Below, piece by piece: positions 28,632 to 37,544 of a stretch of 64,000 bases of DNA (position 1 is its first letter; each line of letters starts with the position of its first letter). The DNA is from Thermodesulfobacteriota bacterium (lineage in GTDB: Bacteria; Desulfobacterota; Binatia; UBA9968; JAJDTQ01): NCBI GenBank assembly GCA_965116635.1, contig OZ220710.1, positions 4,319,467 to 4,383,466 of the forward strand. Reading direction: 5' to 3'. The notes beneath the pieces were generated by a model. The model was not told the DNA's origin, searched no databases, and saw nothing but the letters and a program-made list of their open reading frames with translations. Made by a program: the position numbers and the translations under genes.

Positions 28632-29771
28632 ATGAAACTCCAGCATACCACAAGAACGACCTCGGATAGTCCGGACGTCGGGACCCTCTCGCGCTGCCGG
28701 ATCTTTCGCTATCGCCTGCCGCTGGCGGCGCCGTTGCGGCTGGCGGGTCAGGTGATTCACGAGCGCGCCGGCATCCTGGTCCGGGTCGATTCCGATTCCG
28801 GTGTGTCGGGTTGGGGCGATGCGGCGCCGCTGCCGGGGTTCAGCCGCGAGACTGTAGAGAAGGCCGAAGTGGAGCTGACGGCATGGGCGGCGCGTTTGCG
28901 CGGAACCGCATTCGATCCGCGGGGCGATGACCTCGAATCGCGGCTGGGGGTTGGCCCGGCGGACGCCGTGTCGCCCTCCGTGCGCTTCGCGTTGGAGACG
29001 GCGCTCGCGAGCCTGTCGCGGCGGCTGGAGGACGGGGCGGCGGCGGAGCTGGCGTGTTTCGAGGGTGCCGTTCCCGTGAACGGGTTGCTGACCGGTTCCC
29101 GCGAGCAGGTGCTCGCGGATGCCCGGCGGCTCCGGGACGGGGGTTGCCGCGCGGTCAAGCTCAAGGTGGGTAGCCGGCCGGTGGTGGACGACGTGGATCT
29201 CACGGGCGCGGTCCGCTCCGTGATCGGAGACGGCGTGGAGCTCAGGCTCGATGCCAACCGGAGCTGGAGCCTGGAGCAGGCGGTGGCGTTTGGCCGGGAA
29301 GTGGACGCCGCCGGCATCGAGTATCTGGAGGAACCCTTGCGCAACCCCGGTCATCTGCGGGAGCTGTTCGATGCCACCGGCATACCGGTGGCCCTGGACG
29401 AGAGCCTGCTGGAGCTTCGGCCGGACGGGCTGGAAGGACGCCCCGAGGTGGGCGCGGTGGTCCTGAAGCCGACGCTTCTGGGCGGAATCGCGAGAGCCCG
29501 CGAATGGGCGGACAAGGCGTTGGCGCTCGATGTCCGCCCGGTTGTGAGCGCTTGCTTCGAGAGCGGCGTCGGGCTGCTGGCGTTGGCGGGGTTTGCCTGG
29601 GCTTCGACCGGGGACGCCGTGCCCGCGGGCCTCGACACCTATCGCTGGCTCGACGCAGACGTGGTCCGGCCGCGTATTCCCTTCGAACCGGGAGCGATCC
29701 GATGGAGTGATGCGCGGGCGCGGGACCACCGCATCGACGGATCGATGCTGAGCGAGATACGGCATGGCTGA
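28632..29771 (+). CDS. menC: o-succinylbenzoate synthase (enolase superfamily)
   Basis: MR/MLE fold (KLKVG, DANRSW, LEEP) in men context. The start is set at MKLQ. Confidence 0.8.
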   Translation: MKLQHTTRTTSDSPDVGTLSRCRIFRYRLPLAAPLRLAGQVIHERAGILVRVDSDSGVSGWGDAAPLPGFSRETVEKAEVELTAWAARLRGTAFDPRGDDLESRLGVGPADAVSPSVRFALETALASLSRRLEDGAAAELACFEGAVPVNGLLTGSREQVLADARRLRDGGCRAVKLKVGSRPVVDDVDLTGAVRSVIGDGVELRLDANRSWSLEQAVAFGREVDAAGIEYLEEPLRNPGHLRELFDATGIPVALDESLLELRPDGLEGRPEVGAVVLKPTLLGGIARAREWADKALALDVRPVVSACFESGVGLLALAGFAWASTGDAVPAGLDTYRWLDADVVRPRIPFEPGAIRWSDARARDHRIDGSMLSEIRHG

Positions 29772-31248
29772 GATCCGCTGTCCCCTTGAAGAAGCGGCCG
29801 GACGCTACGGCCAGCGGCCGGCGGTCATCAGCGGTTCCCGGGTCGTCTCGTACGCGGAGTTCCATGACCGCGTGACGCGGACGACGGCGGCGCTGCGGCG
29901 GGCCGGATGCGATCCCGGCGAGCGCGTCGCCATACTGGCGCCCAACAGCCCGGACTACCTCGTCTGGTTGCTGGCGGTTCTCCGCCTGGGCGCCGTCTGC
30001 TGTCCCATGAACACCCGGCTTCCGAACCGCACGGTGGCGGATCTCCTGCGGCGCATCGATTGCCGGAAACTGGTGGCGCGGGTGCCGGATCAGGAAGGCC
30101 TCGACGACATCACGAGCGGCACGCAGATATTCCGGGGCGGTGACCTGTCCGCGGCCGGAGCGCCCTTGGAGGAGGATGTCCAGGGTTCCACCATGCCGCT
30201 CGACCGCCCCGCTACCATCGTCTTTACCTCCGGCAGCACCGGCACCCCCAAGGCGGTGCTCCATTCCTATGGCAACTACTACTACAACGCCCTCGGCTGT
30301 AACCGGAACCTGCCGCTGAGCGCCGGAGACCGCTGGCTGCTGGACCTGCCGCTCTATCACGTGGGCGGGCTCGGCATCCTTTTCCGGTGTCTGCTGGCGG
30401 GGGCGACCGTGGTGATGCCGGACGGGGGTGAGACCCTTGATGCAGTCCTGGAGCGATACGAGATTACGCATCTGTCGGTGGTGGTGACGCAACTGCACCG
30501 GTTGTTGCAGCAGCCCGAGTCCGTGCGTTACCCTTTCCTCCGCTACGTGGTCCTGGGCGGGAGCCCGGTTCCGCTGAAGCTCCTGAGCCGGGCGAGCGAG
30601 CGTGGCTTGCCGGTGTTCGCCAGTTACGGGTGCACGGAGATGACCTCGCAGGTCACCACCACGGGGGTTGATTCCACCACGGCCCAGCGGCTTACCTCGG
30701 GAAAGCTGCTGCCGTACCGCCGGCTCCGGATCGGGGAAGAAGGGGAGATCCAGTTGGCCGGCGAGACCCTGTTCATGGGCTATGTCGACGGTGAGGGCCT
30801 GCGGCGCCCCTTGACGGACGACGGCTGGTTCGCCACCGGCGACCTCGGGCGCCTGGATGAAGAAGGTTACCTGACGGTCATCGGGCGCCGCGACAATCGG
30901 TTCTTCTCCGGTGGCGAGACGATTCACCCGGAAGAGATCGAGCGCGCCCTGACCGATCATGACGGGGTCGAGCAGGCGGTGGTGGTGCCCATCCCCGACG
31001 AGGAGTTCGGCCAGCGGTGCGTGGCGTTCGTGCAGCCGCGCGAGGAGCATCCCGACGGCGACGCGCTGGCGGAGTGGCTGAGGCAGACCTTGCCGCGCTA
31101 CAAGGTGCCGGACGCGTTCTACCAGTGGCCGGAGACCGATCCGAACGCGTTCAAGATCGACCGGGGGCGTTTCCGCCGGCTGGCCGTGGACGGGCCGACG
31201 GCGCCCTTGGGCCAACGCGCTGAACAAAGACCGGGAGGAGGCGCATGA
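29764..31248 (+). CDS. menE: o-succinylbenzoate-CoA ligase
   Basis: Adenylate-forming motifs TSGSTGTPKAV, YGCTE, GDLGRLDEEGYL. It overlaps the menC stop. Confidence 0.85.
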   Translation: MAEIRCPLEEAAGRYGQRPAVISGSRVVSYAEFHDRVTRTTAALRRAGCDPGERVAILAPNSPDYLVWLLAVLRLGAVCCPMNTRLPNRTVADLLRRIDCRKLVARVPDQEGLDDITSGTQIFRGGDLSAAGAPLEEDVQGSTMPLDRPATIVFTSGSTGTPKAVLHSYGNYYYNALGCNRNLPLSAGDRWLLDLPLYHVGGLGILFRCLLAGATVVMPDGGETLDAVLERYEITHLSVVVTQLHRLLQQPESVRYPFLRYVVLGGSPVPLKLLSRASERGLPVFASYGCTEMTSQVTTTGVDSTTAQRLTSGKLLPYRRLRIGEEGEIQLAGETLFMGYVDGEGLRRPLTDDGWFATGDLGRLDEEGYLTVIGRRDNRFFSGGETIHPEEIERALTDHDGVEQAVVVPIPDEEFGQRCVAFVQPREEHPDGDALAEWLRQTLPRYKVPDAFYQWPETDPNAFKIDRGRFRRLAVDGPTAPLGQRAEQRPGGGA

Positions 31249-32243
31249 AAGCTGCGAAGCAGGTGAAAGCGAAGGCGGCGGCGCGCCCGCCCGGCAATCG
31301 GGAGCTGGTGTCGCTGCTCCGGCGCATGTGGGTGATCCGCGCCTTCGAGGAGAAGGTGTCGGCGCTCTACGCGGCCCGGGAGATCGTCGGCCTGCTCCAT
31401 CTCGGAATCGGGCAGGAGGCGGTGGCGGTGGGCGTGTGCGGCCTGCTCGACACCGAAGACGTGGTCTACGGCGGGCACCGCTCCCATGGCCACGCCATCG
31501 CCAAGGGGGCGGACGTGAACCGGCTCATGGCCGAGTTGGCGGGCCGTTCCACCGGCTATTGCCGCGGCAAGGGCGGGTCCATGCACGTGGTCGCCGCGGA
31601 GTCGGGCTTCGTCACCGCCAGCGGCGTGGTGGGCGGCACGGTGCCGCTGGCCCTGGGCGCGGCCTTCGCCGCCCGGGAGAGGGGCGCGGGACAGGTGGCG
31701 GTGGTGTTCTTCGGCGACGGCGCCGGCCAGACCGGTCCGTTCCACGAGTCCTTGAACATCGCCAGCCTGTGGGGGCTTCCGGTGATCTTCGTGTGCGAGA
31801 ACAACGGCTACGCCGAGTTCACGCCGCTTTCCGCCCATACCAAGGTGGAGCGGCTCGCCCGGCATGCCCAGACCTACGGCATCCCCAGCGCCACCGTGGA
31901 CGGCAACGACATCCTGGCGGTGCGCGAGGCCATGGACCGGGCCGTCCGGAACGCCCGCGCCGGTAAGGGTCCCACCTTCGTCGAGTGCCTGACCTATCGC
32001 CTTCGCGGACACTACGAGGGCGACCCCGGCAAGTACCGGGAACTTTCCCAGTTGGCCGACTGGAAGAAGAAGGACCCCATCGCGCGCTTCACGCGGGTCC
32101 TCAAGCGGCGGCGGGCAGCGTCGGCCAAGGACTTCGAGAAGGCCGAGAGCGACGCCCGCGCCTTGGTGGAAGAGGCCGCCGGGTTTGCCCTTTCGTCCCC
32201 CTGGCCCGAGCCCGAGGAGACCGGGACGCAGGTAACCGCGTGA
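31245..32243 (+). CDS. TPP-dependent 2-oxoacid/acetoin dehydrogenase E1 alpha subunit
   Basis: E1-alpha TPP motif GDGA...NN and the phosphorylation-loop region. Its ATG overlaps the menE stop (ATGA). Confidence 0.85.
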   Translation: MKAAKQVKAKAAARPPGNRELVSLLRRMWVIRAFEEKVSALYAAREIVGLLHLGIGQEAVAVGVCGLLDTEDVVYGGHRSHGHAIAKGADVNRLMAELAGRSTGYCRGKGGSMHVVAAESGFVTASGVVGGTVPLALGAAFAARERGAGQVAVVFFGDGAGQTGPFHESLNIASLWGLPVIFVCENNGYAEFTPLSAHTKVERLARHAQTYGIPSATVDGNDILAVREAMDRAVRNARAGKGPTFVECLTYRLRGHYEGDPGKYRELSQLADWKKKDPIARFTRVLKRRRAASAKDFEKAESDARALVEEAAGFALSSPWPEPEETGTQVTA

Positions 32244-32244
32244 G

Positions 32245-33234
32245 GTGGATATGGCGGAGCTGAGCTATCTGGAAGCCATCCGCTCGGGCCTGCTGGCCGA
32301 GATGAGACAGGACGCTTCCGTCTATGTCTTCGGTGAGGACGTGGCGCTGGGCGGCCCCTTCGGAGTCACCCAGGGCATTGCCGAGGAGTTGGGCGCGCAC
32401 CGGGTGGTGAACACGCCCATCAGCGAAGGCACCGTCATGGGCGTGGCCATCGGCGCGGCCCTCTCGGGCCTGCGTCCGGTGGTGGAGATCATGTTCGTGG
32501 ACTTCATCACGCTGGCCATGGACCAGCTCGTCAACCACGCCGCCAAGCTTCACTACATGTCCGGGGGCCAGTTGAAAGTGCCGCTGACGGTGCGGGTCCA
32601 GTGCGGCGTCCAGGGCAACATGGGCGCGCACCACTCCCAGAGCCTGGAATCGTGGTTCCTGCATGTCCCCGGCCTCAAGGTCGTCATGCCGTCGAACCCG
32701 GCCGACGCCGGGAGCCTCATGAGGGACGCCATCCGTGACGACAACCCGGTGCTGTTCGTGGAGCACCGGGGACTCTACTTCTCCAAGGCGGAGGTGCCCG
32801 AGGGCGGGACCGGCCTGCCCATCGGCCGGGCGGCGGTGCTCCGGGAGGGCGCCGACGTGACGGTCGCGGCCCTGTCCAGGATGGTCGTGCCGGCCCTGGA
32901 GGCGGCCGACGCGCTGGAAGGCGAGGGGACCTCGGCGGAGGTGATCGACCTCCGCGGTCTCGTGCCGCTGGACGTCGAGACCCTGGTGGAGTCGGTCAAG
33001 AAGACCTCACGGCTGATCGTCGTGCACGAGGCGGTGGAACAGGGCGGGGTAGGCGCCGAGGTCGCCGCCCGGGTCCAGGAAGAGGCGCTCTACTACCTCG
33101 ACAGCCCGATCCTCCGGGTCGCCGCCCCCAACGCCCCGGTGCCCTGCGCGCCGCCCCTGGAGAGCGCCTTCGTCCCCGACAAGCAACGGATCGTGGAGGC
33201 GGCGCGCCGGGCGCTGGCGGGCCAACCCACCTGA
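32245..33234 (+). CDS. 2-oxoacid dehydrogenase E1 beta subunit (transketolase-like)
   Basis: E1-beta/transketolase pyrimidine-binding and C-terminal domains. It starts 1 nt after the E1-alpha stop. Confidence 0.85.
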   Translation: MDMAELSYLEAIRSGLLAEMRQDASVYVFGEDVALGGPFGVTQGIAEELGAHRVVNTPISEGTVMGVAIGAALSGLRPVVEIMFVDFITLAMDQLVNHAAKLHYMSGGQLKVPLTVRVQCGVQGNMGAHHSQSLESWFLHVPGLKVVMPSNPADAGSLMRDAIRDDNPVLFVEHRGLYFSKAEVPEGGTGLPIGRAAVLREGADVTVAALSRMVVPALEAADALEGEGTSAEVIDLRGLVPLDVETLVESVKKTSRLIVVHEAVEQGGVGAEVAARVQEEALYYLDSPILRVAAPNAPVPCAPPLESAFVPDKQRIVEAARRALAGQPT

Positions 33235-33246
33235 GCTTTGACAGAC

Positions 33247-33333
33247 TTCTCCTTTTGATAAGGAGAAATGAGCTCCAAATTCTCCTTCTGAGGAGGAGAA
33301 TTATCTGTTATATTCTCCTTTTCAGAAGGAGAG
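33247..33333 (+). promoter_or_regulatory. three tandem 33-bp repeats, each an anti-SD/SD hairpin (TTCTCCTT-loop-AAGGAGA)
   Basis: The hairpins lie at 33247-33267, 33280-33300 and 33313-33333. The third sequesters the RBS of the ATPase gene (ATG 33335). The first is followed by a 7-codon uORF (MSSKFSF). Confidence 0.55.
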
Positions 33334-33334
33334 T

Positions 33335-34684
33335 ATGCGCTTGGAAGCGCTTCCCACAATCTTCCGGCAAGTGCTGGCCGAGCAGCTTGCCGGGTCATTG
33401 CAAACGCAGCCTCCCGCTCACACCACGCGACGCGTGTACGGGCTTACCCGGTTTCCCGGCAAGGCGACGGCAGTGGTCGGTATGCGCCGGGCGGGCAAGA
33501 CCACCTTCCTGCACCAGTTGCGGCAGGAGTTCACGACAACGGGGGCGGGTCCGGCCCGCACTCCTTACCTTTCGTTCGAGGACGAACGGCTCACGGGCCT
33601 GGAGGCCCGTCACCTGGATTTTCTCCTCGACGAGTACCGGCGGCTTTCGCCGGCCGAACCGGCTGCTGCCCTCGTGATGTGGTGCTTCGACGAGATTCAG
33701 TTGGTGCCCGGCTGGGAGCGCTTCGTTCGCCGGTTGCTGGATACGGAGTCCGTGCAGGTCCTCGTCACGGGCTCTTCGGCGGCAATGCTGTCTCGCGAAA
33801 TCGCCACGGCGTTGCGCGGCCGCGCGTGGCAGGTCCTCATGCACCCGTTCGGGTTCGACGAGGCGTTGCGCCATCAGGGCCTGGAGCTTCCGGAACGGAC
33901 AGGGTTCCTGCCTCGCGACGAGCGCGCGCGCCTGGAACGGGAATTCGCGGCGTGGTTGGTTGCCGGGGGATTTCCGGAAGCCCAGGGCCTCGATGTCGCG
34001 TCGCGGCACCAGTTGCTGCGCGACTACGTGGATGTCTCGATCCTTCGCGATGTCGTGGACCGCCACGGAGTCGGCAATGTCACCGGACTCCGGTGGCTCG
34101 TGCGCCAGTTGCTCGGCAACGCGGGCGGCTCGTTCAGTGTCGAGAAGTTCCACGCCGCCCTCCGGTCCCAGGGCATTGCCATCGCCAGAGACACGGTCCA
34201 CCAGTTTCTCGGCCACCTCGAAGACTGTTTCCTCGTCCGTGTCGTGTGGATGGAGTCGAATTCCGAACGCCAGCGCATGGTGAATCCACGCAAGGCGTAT
34301 CCGGTGGATCCGGGCCTGATCCCCGTGTTCGACCGCACGGGCCGCGCCAACCTGGGGCACGCGCTCGAAACCGCGGTGCTCATCGAGCTGGAGCGGCGAC
34401 GGCTCGACGTGACCTATGTTCGTACCCGGCAGGGCTACGAGGTGGATTTCCTGGTGCGCTCCGCGGACGGACGGCGCGAACTGATCCAAATCTGCGCCGA
34501 CGCCTCCGACCCGGGCACCGCCGAACGCGAGATCCGGGCGCTGATCGCCGCTGGCGAGCAATATCCCGACGCGGAGATGCGCTTGTTGACCCTGAACCGC
34601 GCGGGCCTTCCCGACACCTTGCCGGACGGCGTCGTGGCGCAGCCGGCATGGATCTGGATGCTCGAATACGGCGATCCCGATTGA
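33335..34684 (+). CDS. AAA+ ATPase of the AAA_14/DUF4143 family (COG1373-like), paralog 1
   Basis: Walker A GMRRAGKTT, Walker B CFDEIQ and a C-terminal DUF4143-like domain. Confidence 0.8.
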   Translation: MRLEALPTIFRQVLAEQLAGSLQTQPPAHTTRRVYGLTRFPGKATAVVGMRRAGKTTFLHQLRQEFTTTGAGPARTPYLSFEDERLTGLEARHLDFLLDEYRRLSPAEPAAALVMWCFDEIQLVPGWERFVRRLLDTESVQVLVTGSSAAMLSREIATALRGRAWQVLMHPFGFDEALRHQGLELPERTGFLPRDERARLEREFAAWLVAGGFPEAQGLDVASRHQLLRDYVDVSILRDVVDRHGVGNVTGLRWLVRQLLGNAGGSFSVEKFHAALRSQGIAIARDTVHQFLGHLEDCFLVRVVWMESNSERQRMVNPRKAYPVDPGLIPVFDRTGRANLGHALETAVLIELERRRLDVTYVRTRQGYEVDFLVRSADGRRELIQICADASDPGTAEREIRALIAAGEQYPDAEMRLLTLNRAGLPDTLPDGVVAQPAWIWMLEYGDPD

Positions 34685-34701
34685 CGGACGCCGCTGACGG
34701 A

Positions 34702-34880
34702 TTGTTGAAAACTCCGTGTGGCGCCCTTCGACTTCGCTTCGCTACGCTCAGGGCGAACGGTTAAGTCAAGGAATTCTGACGAAGATTCCGTTCGCCCTGA
34801 GCCCTTCGACAGGCTCAGGACAGGCTTCGCGAAGCGAAGTCGAAGGGCGCCGACCCCTGTCGCAGGGAGTTTTCCAACAC
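34702..34880. mobile_element. MITE-like palindromic repeat, copy 4
   Basis: It has TIRs GTTGAAAACTCCGTGTGGCGCCC / GGCGCCGACCCCTGTCGCAGGGAGTTTTCCAACAC. It fills the convergent gap between the ATPase and the hydratase gene. Confidence 0.75.
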
Positions 34881-34883
34881 GTC

Positions 34884-35648
34884 CTAACGGTGGAGCCACT
34901 CCGGCTTGCGTTTCTCCACGAAGGCTTGGACGCCTTCTTCCACGTCCTCGGTTTCCAGCAATTCCTTGAGGTAGATTTCCTCGGAGCGGGCGAGGGCGGC
35001 GGACAGCTCCTTGAGGCCGATCTCCCGGAGCCCCCTCAGGGTGATGCGCAGGACCGCGCGGCTCTTCTCCAGCAGGTCGTTGCGGAGCGATTCCAAGGCT
35101 CCGTCGAGTCGATCCCGCGGCACCACGCGGTTGACGAGGCCGATGGACATGGCTTCCTGGGCCGAAAGGCGGCGCCCCGTGAGGATCATTTCGGCGGCCC
35201 GGTGGTAGCCGATCTGGGAGGAGAACCGCGCCAGCGCCACCGGCGGGAAGCAGCCGACGGTGATCTCGGGCGTGGCAAACACGCTTTCCTCGGAGGCGAG
35301 CACCAGGTCGCACGATGATGCCAGCTCGCAGCCGCCGCCCAGGCAAACGCCGTCCACCACGGCGACGGTGGGCTGGCGCAGACTCATGAGCTTCCGGATG
35401 ACGCCGTGCACCAGGTCGAGCATCTCCGGCACCTGGGCGCGGGTGTGGTCTTTCACGTCCACGCCGGCCGAGAAGGCCCGTTCGCCCGCGCCCCTGATCT
35501 CCACGAGCTCCACGCCGTCATCCCGGTCCAGGTCTTCGAGGACCTGCCGCAGCTCCCGCAACAGGGCCAGGTTGAGCACGTTCAGGGGCGGCCGGTCGAT
35601 GACCAGGGATGCCGCCCCGCCGGTCTTGTCCAGATGAATTTTGGCCAT
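34884..35648 (-). CDS. enoyl-CoA hydratase/isomerase family protein
   Basis: Crotonase fold (FSAGVDVKD, VDGVCLGGGCEL). Confidence 0.85.
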   Translation of the reverse strand: MAKIHLDKTGGAASLVIDRPPLNVLNLALLRELRQVLEDLDRDDGVELVEIRGAGERAFSAGVDVKDHTRAQVPEMLDLVHGVIRKLMSLRQPTVAVVDGVCLGGGCELASSCDLVLASEESVFATPEITVGCFPPVALARFSSQIGYHRAAEMILTGRRLSAQEAMSIGLVNRVVPRDRLDGALESLRNDLLEKSRAVLRITLRGLREIGLKELSAALARSEEIYLKELLETEDVEEGVQAFVEKRKPEWLHR

Positions 35649-35663
35649 CGTCTCCCCCAGGTA

Positions 35664-35986
35664 GCGTCCTTCGAGATAGCGCCCTTCGACTTCGCTTCGC
35701 TACGCTCAGGACGAACGGTTTGGCTAGCGCCCTTCGACTTCGCTTCGCTACGCTCAGGACGAACGGTTTGGCTAGCGCCCTTCGACTTTGCTTCGCGAAG
35801 CCTGTCCTGAGCCTGTCGAAGGGCTCAGGACGAACGGCTTGGCTTGTGCCCTTCGACTTCGCCACGCGAAGCCTGTCCTGAGCCTGTCGAAGGGCTCAGG
35901 GCGAACGGAATCTTCATCAGAATTCCTTGACTTAACCGTTCGTCCTGAGCGTAGCGAAGCGAAGTCGAAGGGCGCCATCTCGAAGA
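35664..35986. mobile_element. MITE-like repeat cluster, copy 5 (tandem array of 49- to 70-bp subunits)
   Basis: TTTGGCTAGCGCCCTTCGACTTCGCTTCGCTACGCTCAGGACGAACGG recurs 2x exactly, followed by the GCGAAGCCTGTCCTGAGCCTGTCGAAGGGCTCAGG variant 2x and an inverted terminal arm. Confidence 0.7.
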
Positions 35987-36006
35987 CGCAAAAATCCGAC
36001 AGGCTC

Positions 36007-37518
36007 CTAAAACTGGAACACCAGCGACTTGATGGTGACCGGTACGGTGCCCGACGGTTCCAGGACCCGGCCCAGGTCGATGAAGTCGAAGTCGCGCAGG
36101 GTGACGCCGTCGAGGGTCAGGACGTCGCCCCGGAGCCCGAAGTCCTGCTTCAGGATGGTCCCCACGAGGCCGGCCATGTCGTGGTCGAATACCAGGTAGA
36201 TGGGGCGTTCCTTCTCCACGGTCCGCGCCAGCCCCTCCAGCAACCCTCGGCAGAAAGCCGCGATGCGGAAGGCCGCGGGAGGTCCCTGCCATACGAACAC
36301 CAGGGCCACCTCGGCTTCACCCTCCACGAGATCGAAGGCCCGGAAGTGGCTTTGGATTGTCTCGGCCATGACCGCGGGGTCGATGTCGCCCTCCAGGTCC
36401 ACCGGGGGACGCAGCACCTGGAGGTTCTTGCGCGGCAGCAATTCGTCGTTGGACCGGTAGATGGTGTTGCCGGATACCTGGACGGTATGCTGCGCGGCGC
36501 CCATGACCGTGGCCCGGATGCACTCGCGGGCGCTCACCAGGCCGGCGGGCAGCGCGCCGTCGTCGATGCGCCGCCGCAACGCCCTGCCCAACGGCGCGCC
36601 GAGATCGCCGTACGATTCGTTCTCGTTGCCGTACACGTACTCGCTGACGCCGCCGGAGAAGACCACCGCGTCGCAGCCGTCGTCGGCGTTCAGGGGCGGG
36701 CTCAGCCACAGCCGCTCCAGCTCGGGACCGGCGTTGCCACCCTGGGCGAGGCTCAGGACCACGTCCGCCATGTGGTCGGCCAATCGCTCGATGTCGGCCG
36801 GCCCGGCCCGGTCACCCACGTTCCAGTCCAGCCCCACCTGGCTCGCCAGGGCCTTGCCGCCGGGCTCCAGCACCGTGATGGTCCCGTCCCCGTCGGTGGC
36901 CAGCAGCCGCCCGCCCACGTGGAAGGCGGCGGTGCCGAGGACCCGTCCGCTCTCGGCCAGGGCCACCTTGGTGGTGCCGCCGCCGATGTCGATGTTGAGG
37001 ACGCGGCACTTCTGCTCCGCGGAGAACGCCACGGCGCCCGAGCCGTGGGCCGCCAGCAGGGCCTCGAAGTTGTGGCCCGCGGTGGCGCACACGAAGTCCC
37101 CGCGCTGGTCGGCGAAGAGATCGGCGATGGCCCGGGCGTTGTCCCGCCGTATCGCCTCGCCGGTGAGGATGATGGCCCCGGTGTTCACGTCGTCCGGAGT
37201 GAGCCCCGCTTCCTCGTAGGCGTCGTCCACGAGCCGGCCGAGGGCCGCGTCGTCGATGCGCTCGCGGTTGCCGGTGTAGGGGGTGAACCGTATGGGGGAG
37301 AGATAGAGCGTTTTCCGGTCCGTGACCACGAAGCGGCTGGACAGCTCCCGTCCCAGTCGCCGCAGCACCAGGCGCGAGAACAGGATCTGGGACGTCGCCG
37401 TGCCCACGTCGATGCCGACGCTGGTCAGGGTGATGGTGTCGAGCTTCCAGAGAGGATGGTCTTCCTCTTCCTCCGGTGTGTGGCCGTCGTGATCGTGGTC
37501 GTCCCCGATGTCGTGCAT
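36007..37518 (-). CDS. EutA-like ASKHA-fold protein (ethanolamine ammonia-lyase reactivase family), with His/Asp/Glu-rich N-terminal extension
   Basis: There are two actin-like phosphate motifs (GIDVGTATSQ, LNIDIGGGTTKVA). No eutBC is nearby. Confidence 0.65.
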   Translation of the reverse strand: MHDIGDDHDHDGHTPEEEEDHPLWKLDTITLTSVGIDVGTATSQILFSRLVLRRLGRELSSRFVVTDRKTLYLSPIRFTPYTGNRERIDDAALGRLVDDAYEEAGLTPDDVNTGAIILTGEAIRRDNARAIADLFADQRGDFVCATAGHNFEALLAAHGSGAVAFSAEQKCRVLNIDIGGGTTKVALAESGRVLGTAAFHVGGRLLATDGDGTITVLEPGGKALASQVGLDWNVGDRAGPADIERLADHMADVVLSLAQGGNAGPELERLWLSPPLNADDGCDAVVFSGGVSEYVYGNENESYGDLGAPLGRALRRRIDDGALPAGLVSARECIRATVMGAAQHTVQVSGNTIYRSNDELLPRKNLQVLRPPVDLEGDIDPAVMAETIQSHFRAFDLVEGEAEVALVFVWQGPPAAFRIAAFCRGLLEGLARTVEKERPIYLVFDHDMAGLVGTILKQDFGLRGDVLTLDGVTLRDFDFIDLGRVLEPSGTVPVTIKSLVFQF

Positions 37519-37544
37519 GGTCCGAGCTTCCCGGCGCCGCGGAT

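Noticed and set aside
20291-31248. Integrated prophage, integron or ICE accounting for the accessory content
   Set aside because: No integrase, recombinase, transposase, capsid or terminase-like ORFs were recognised in the window. Mobile signatures are limited to MITEs, TA modules and one relaxase pseudogene.
35664-35986. Possible CRISPR array (regularly spaced direct repeats); the same pattern occurs at 46134-46656
   Set aside because: The segments between the repeats are themselves repeated or palindromic, not unique spacers. Units are 49-70 nt with inverted copies present, there are no cas genes, and the motifs belong to the dispersed MITE family.
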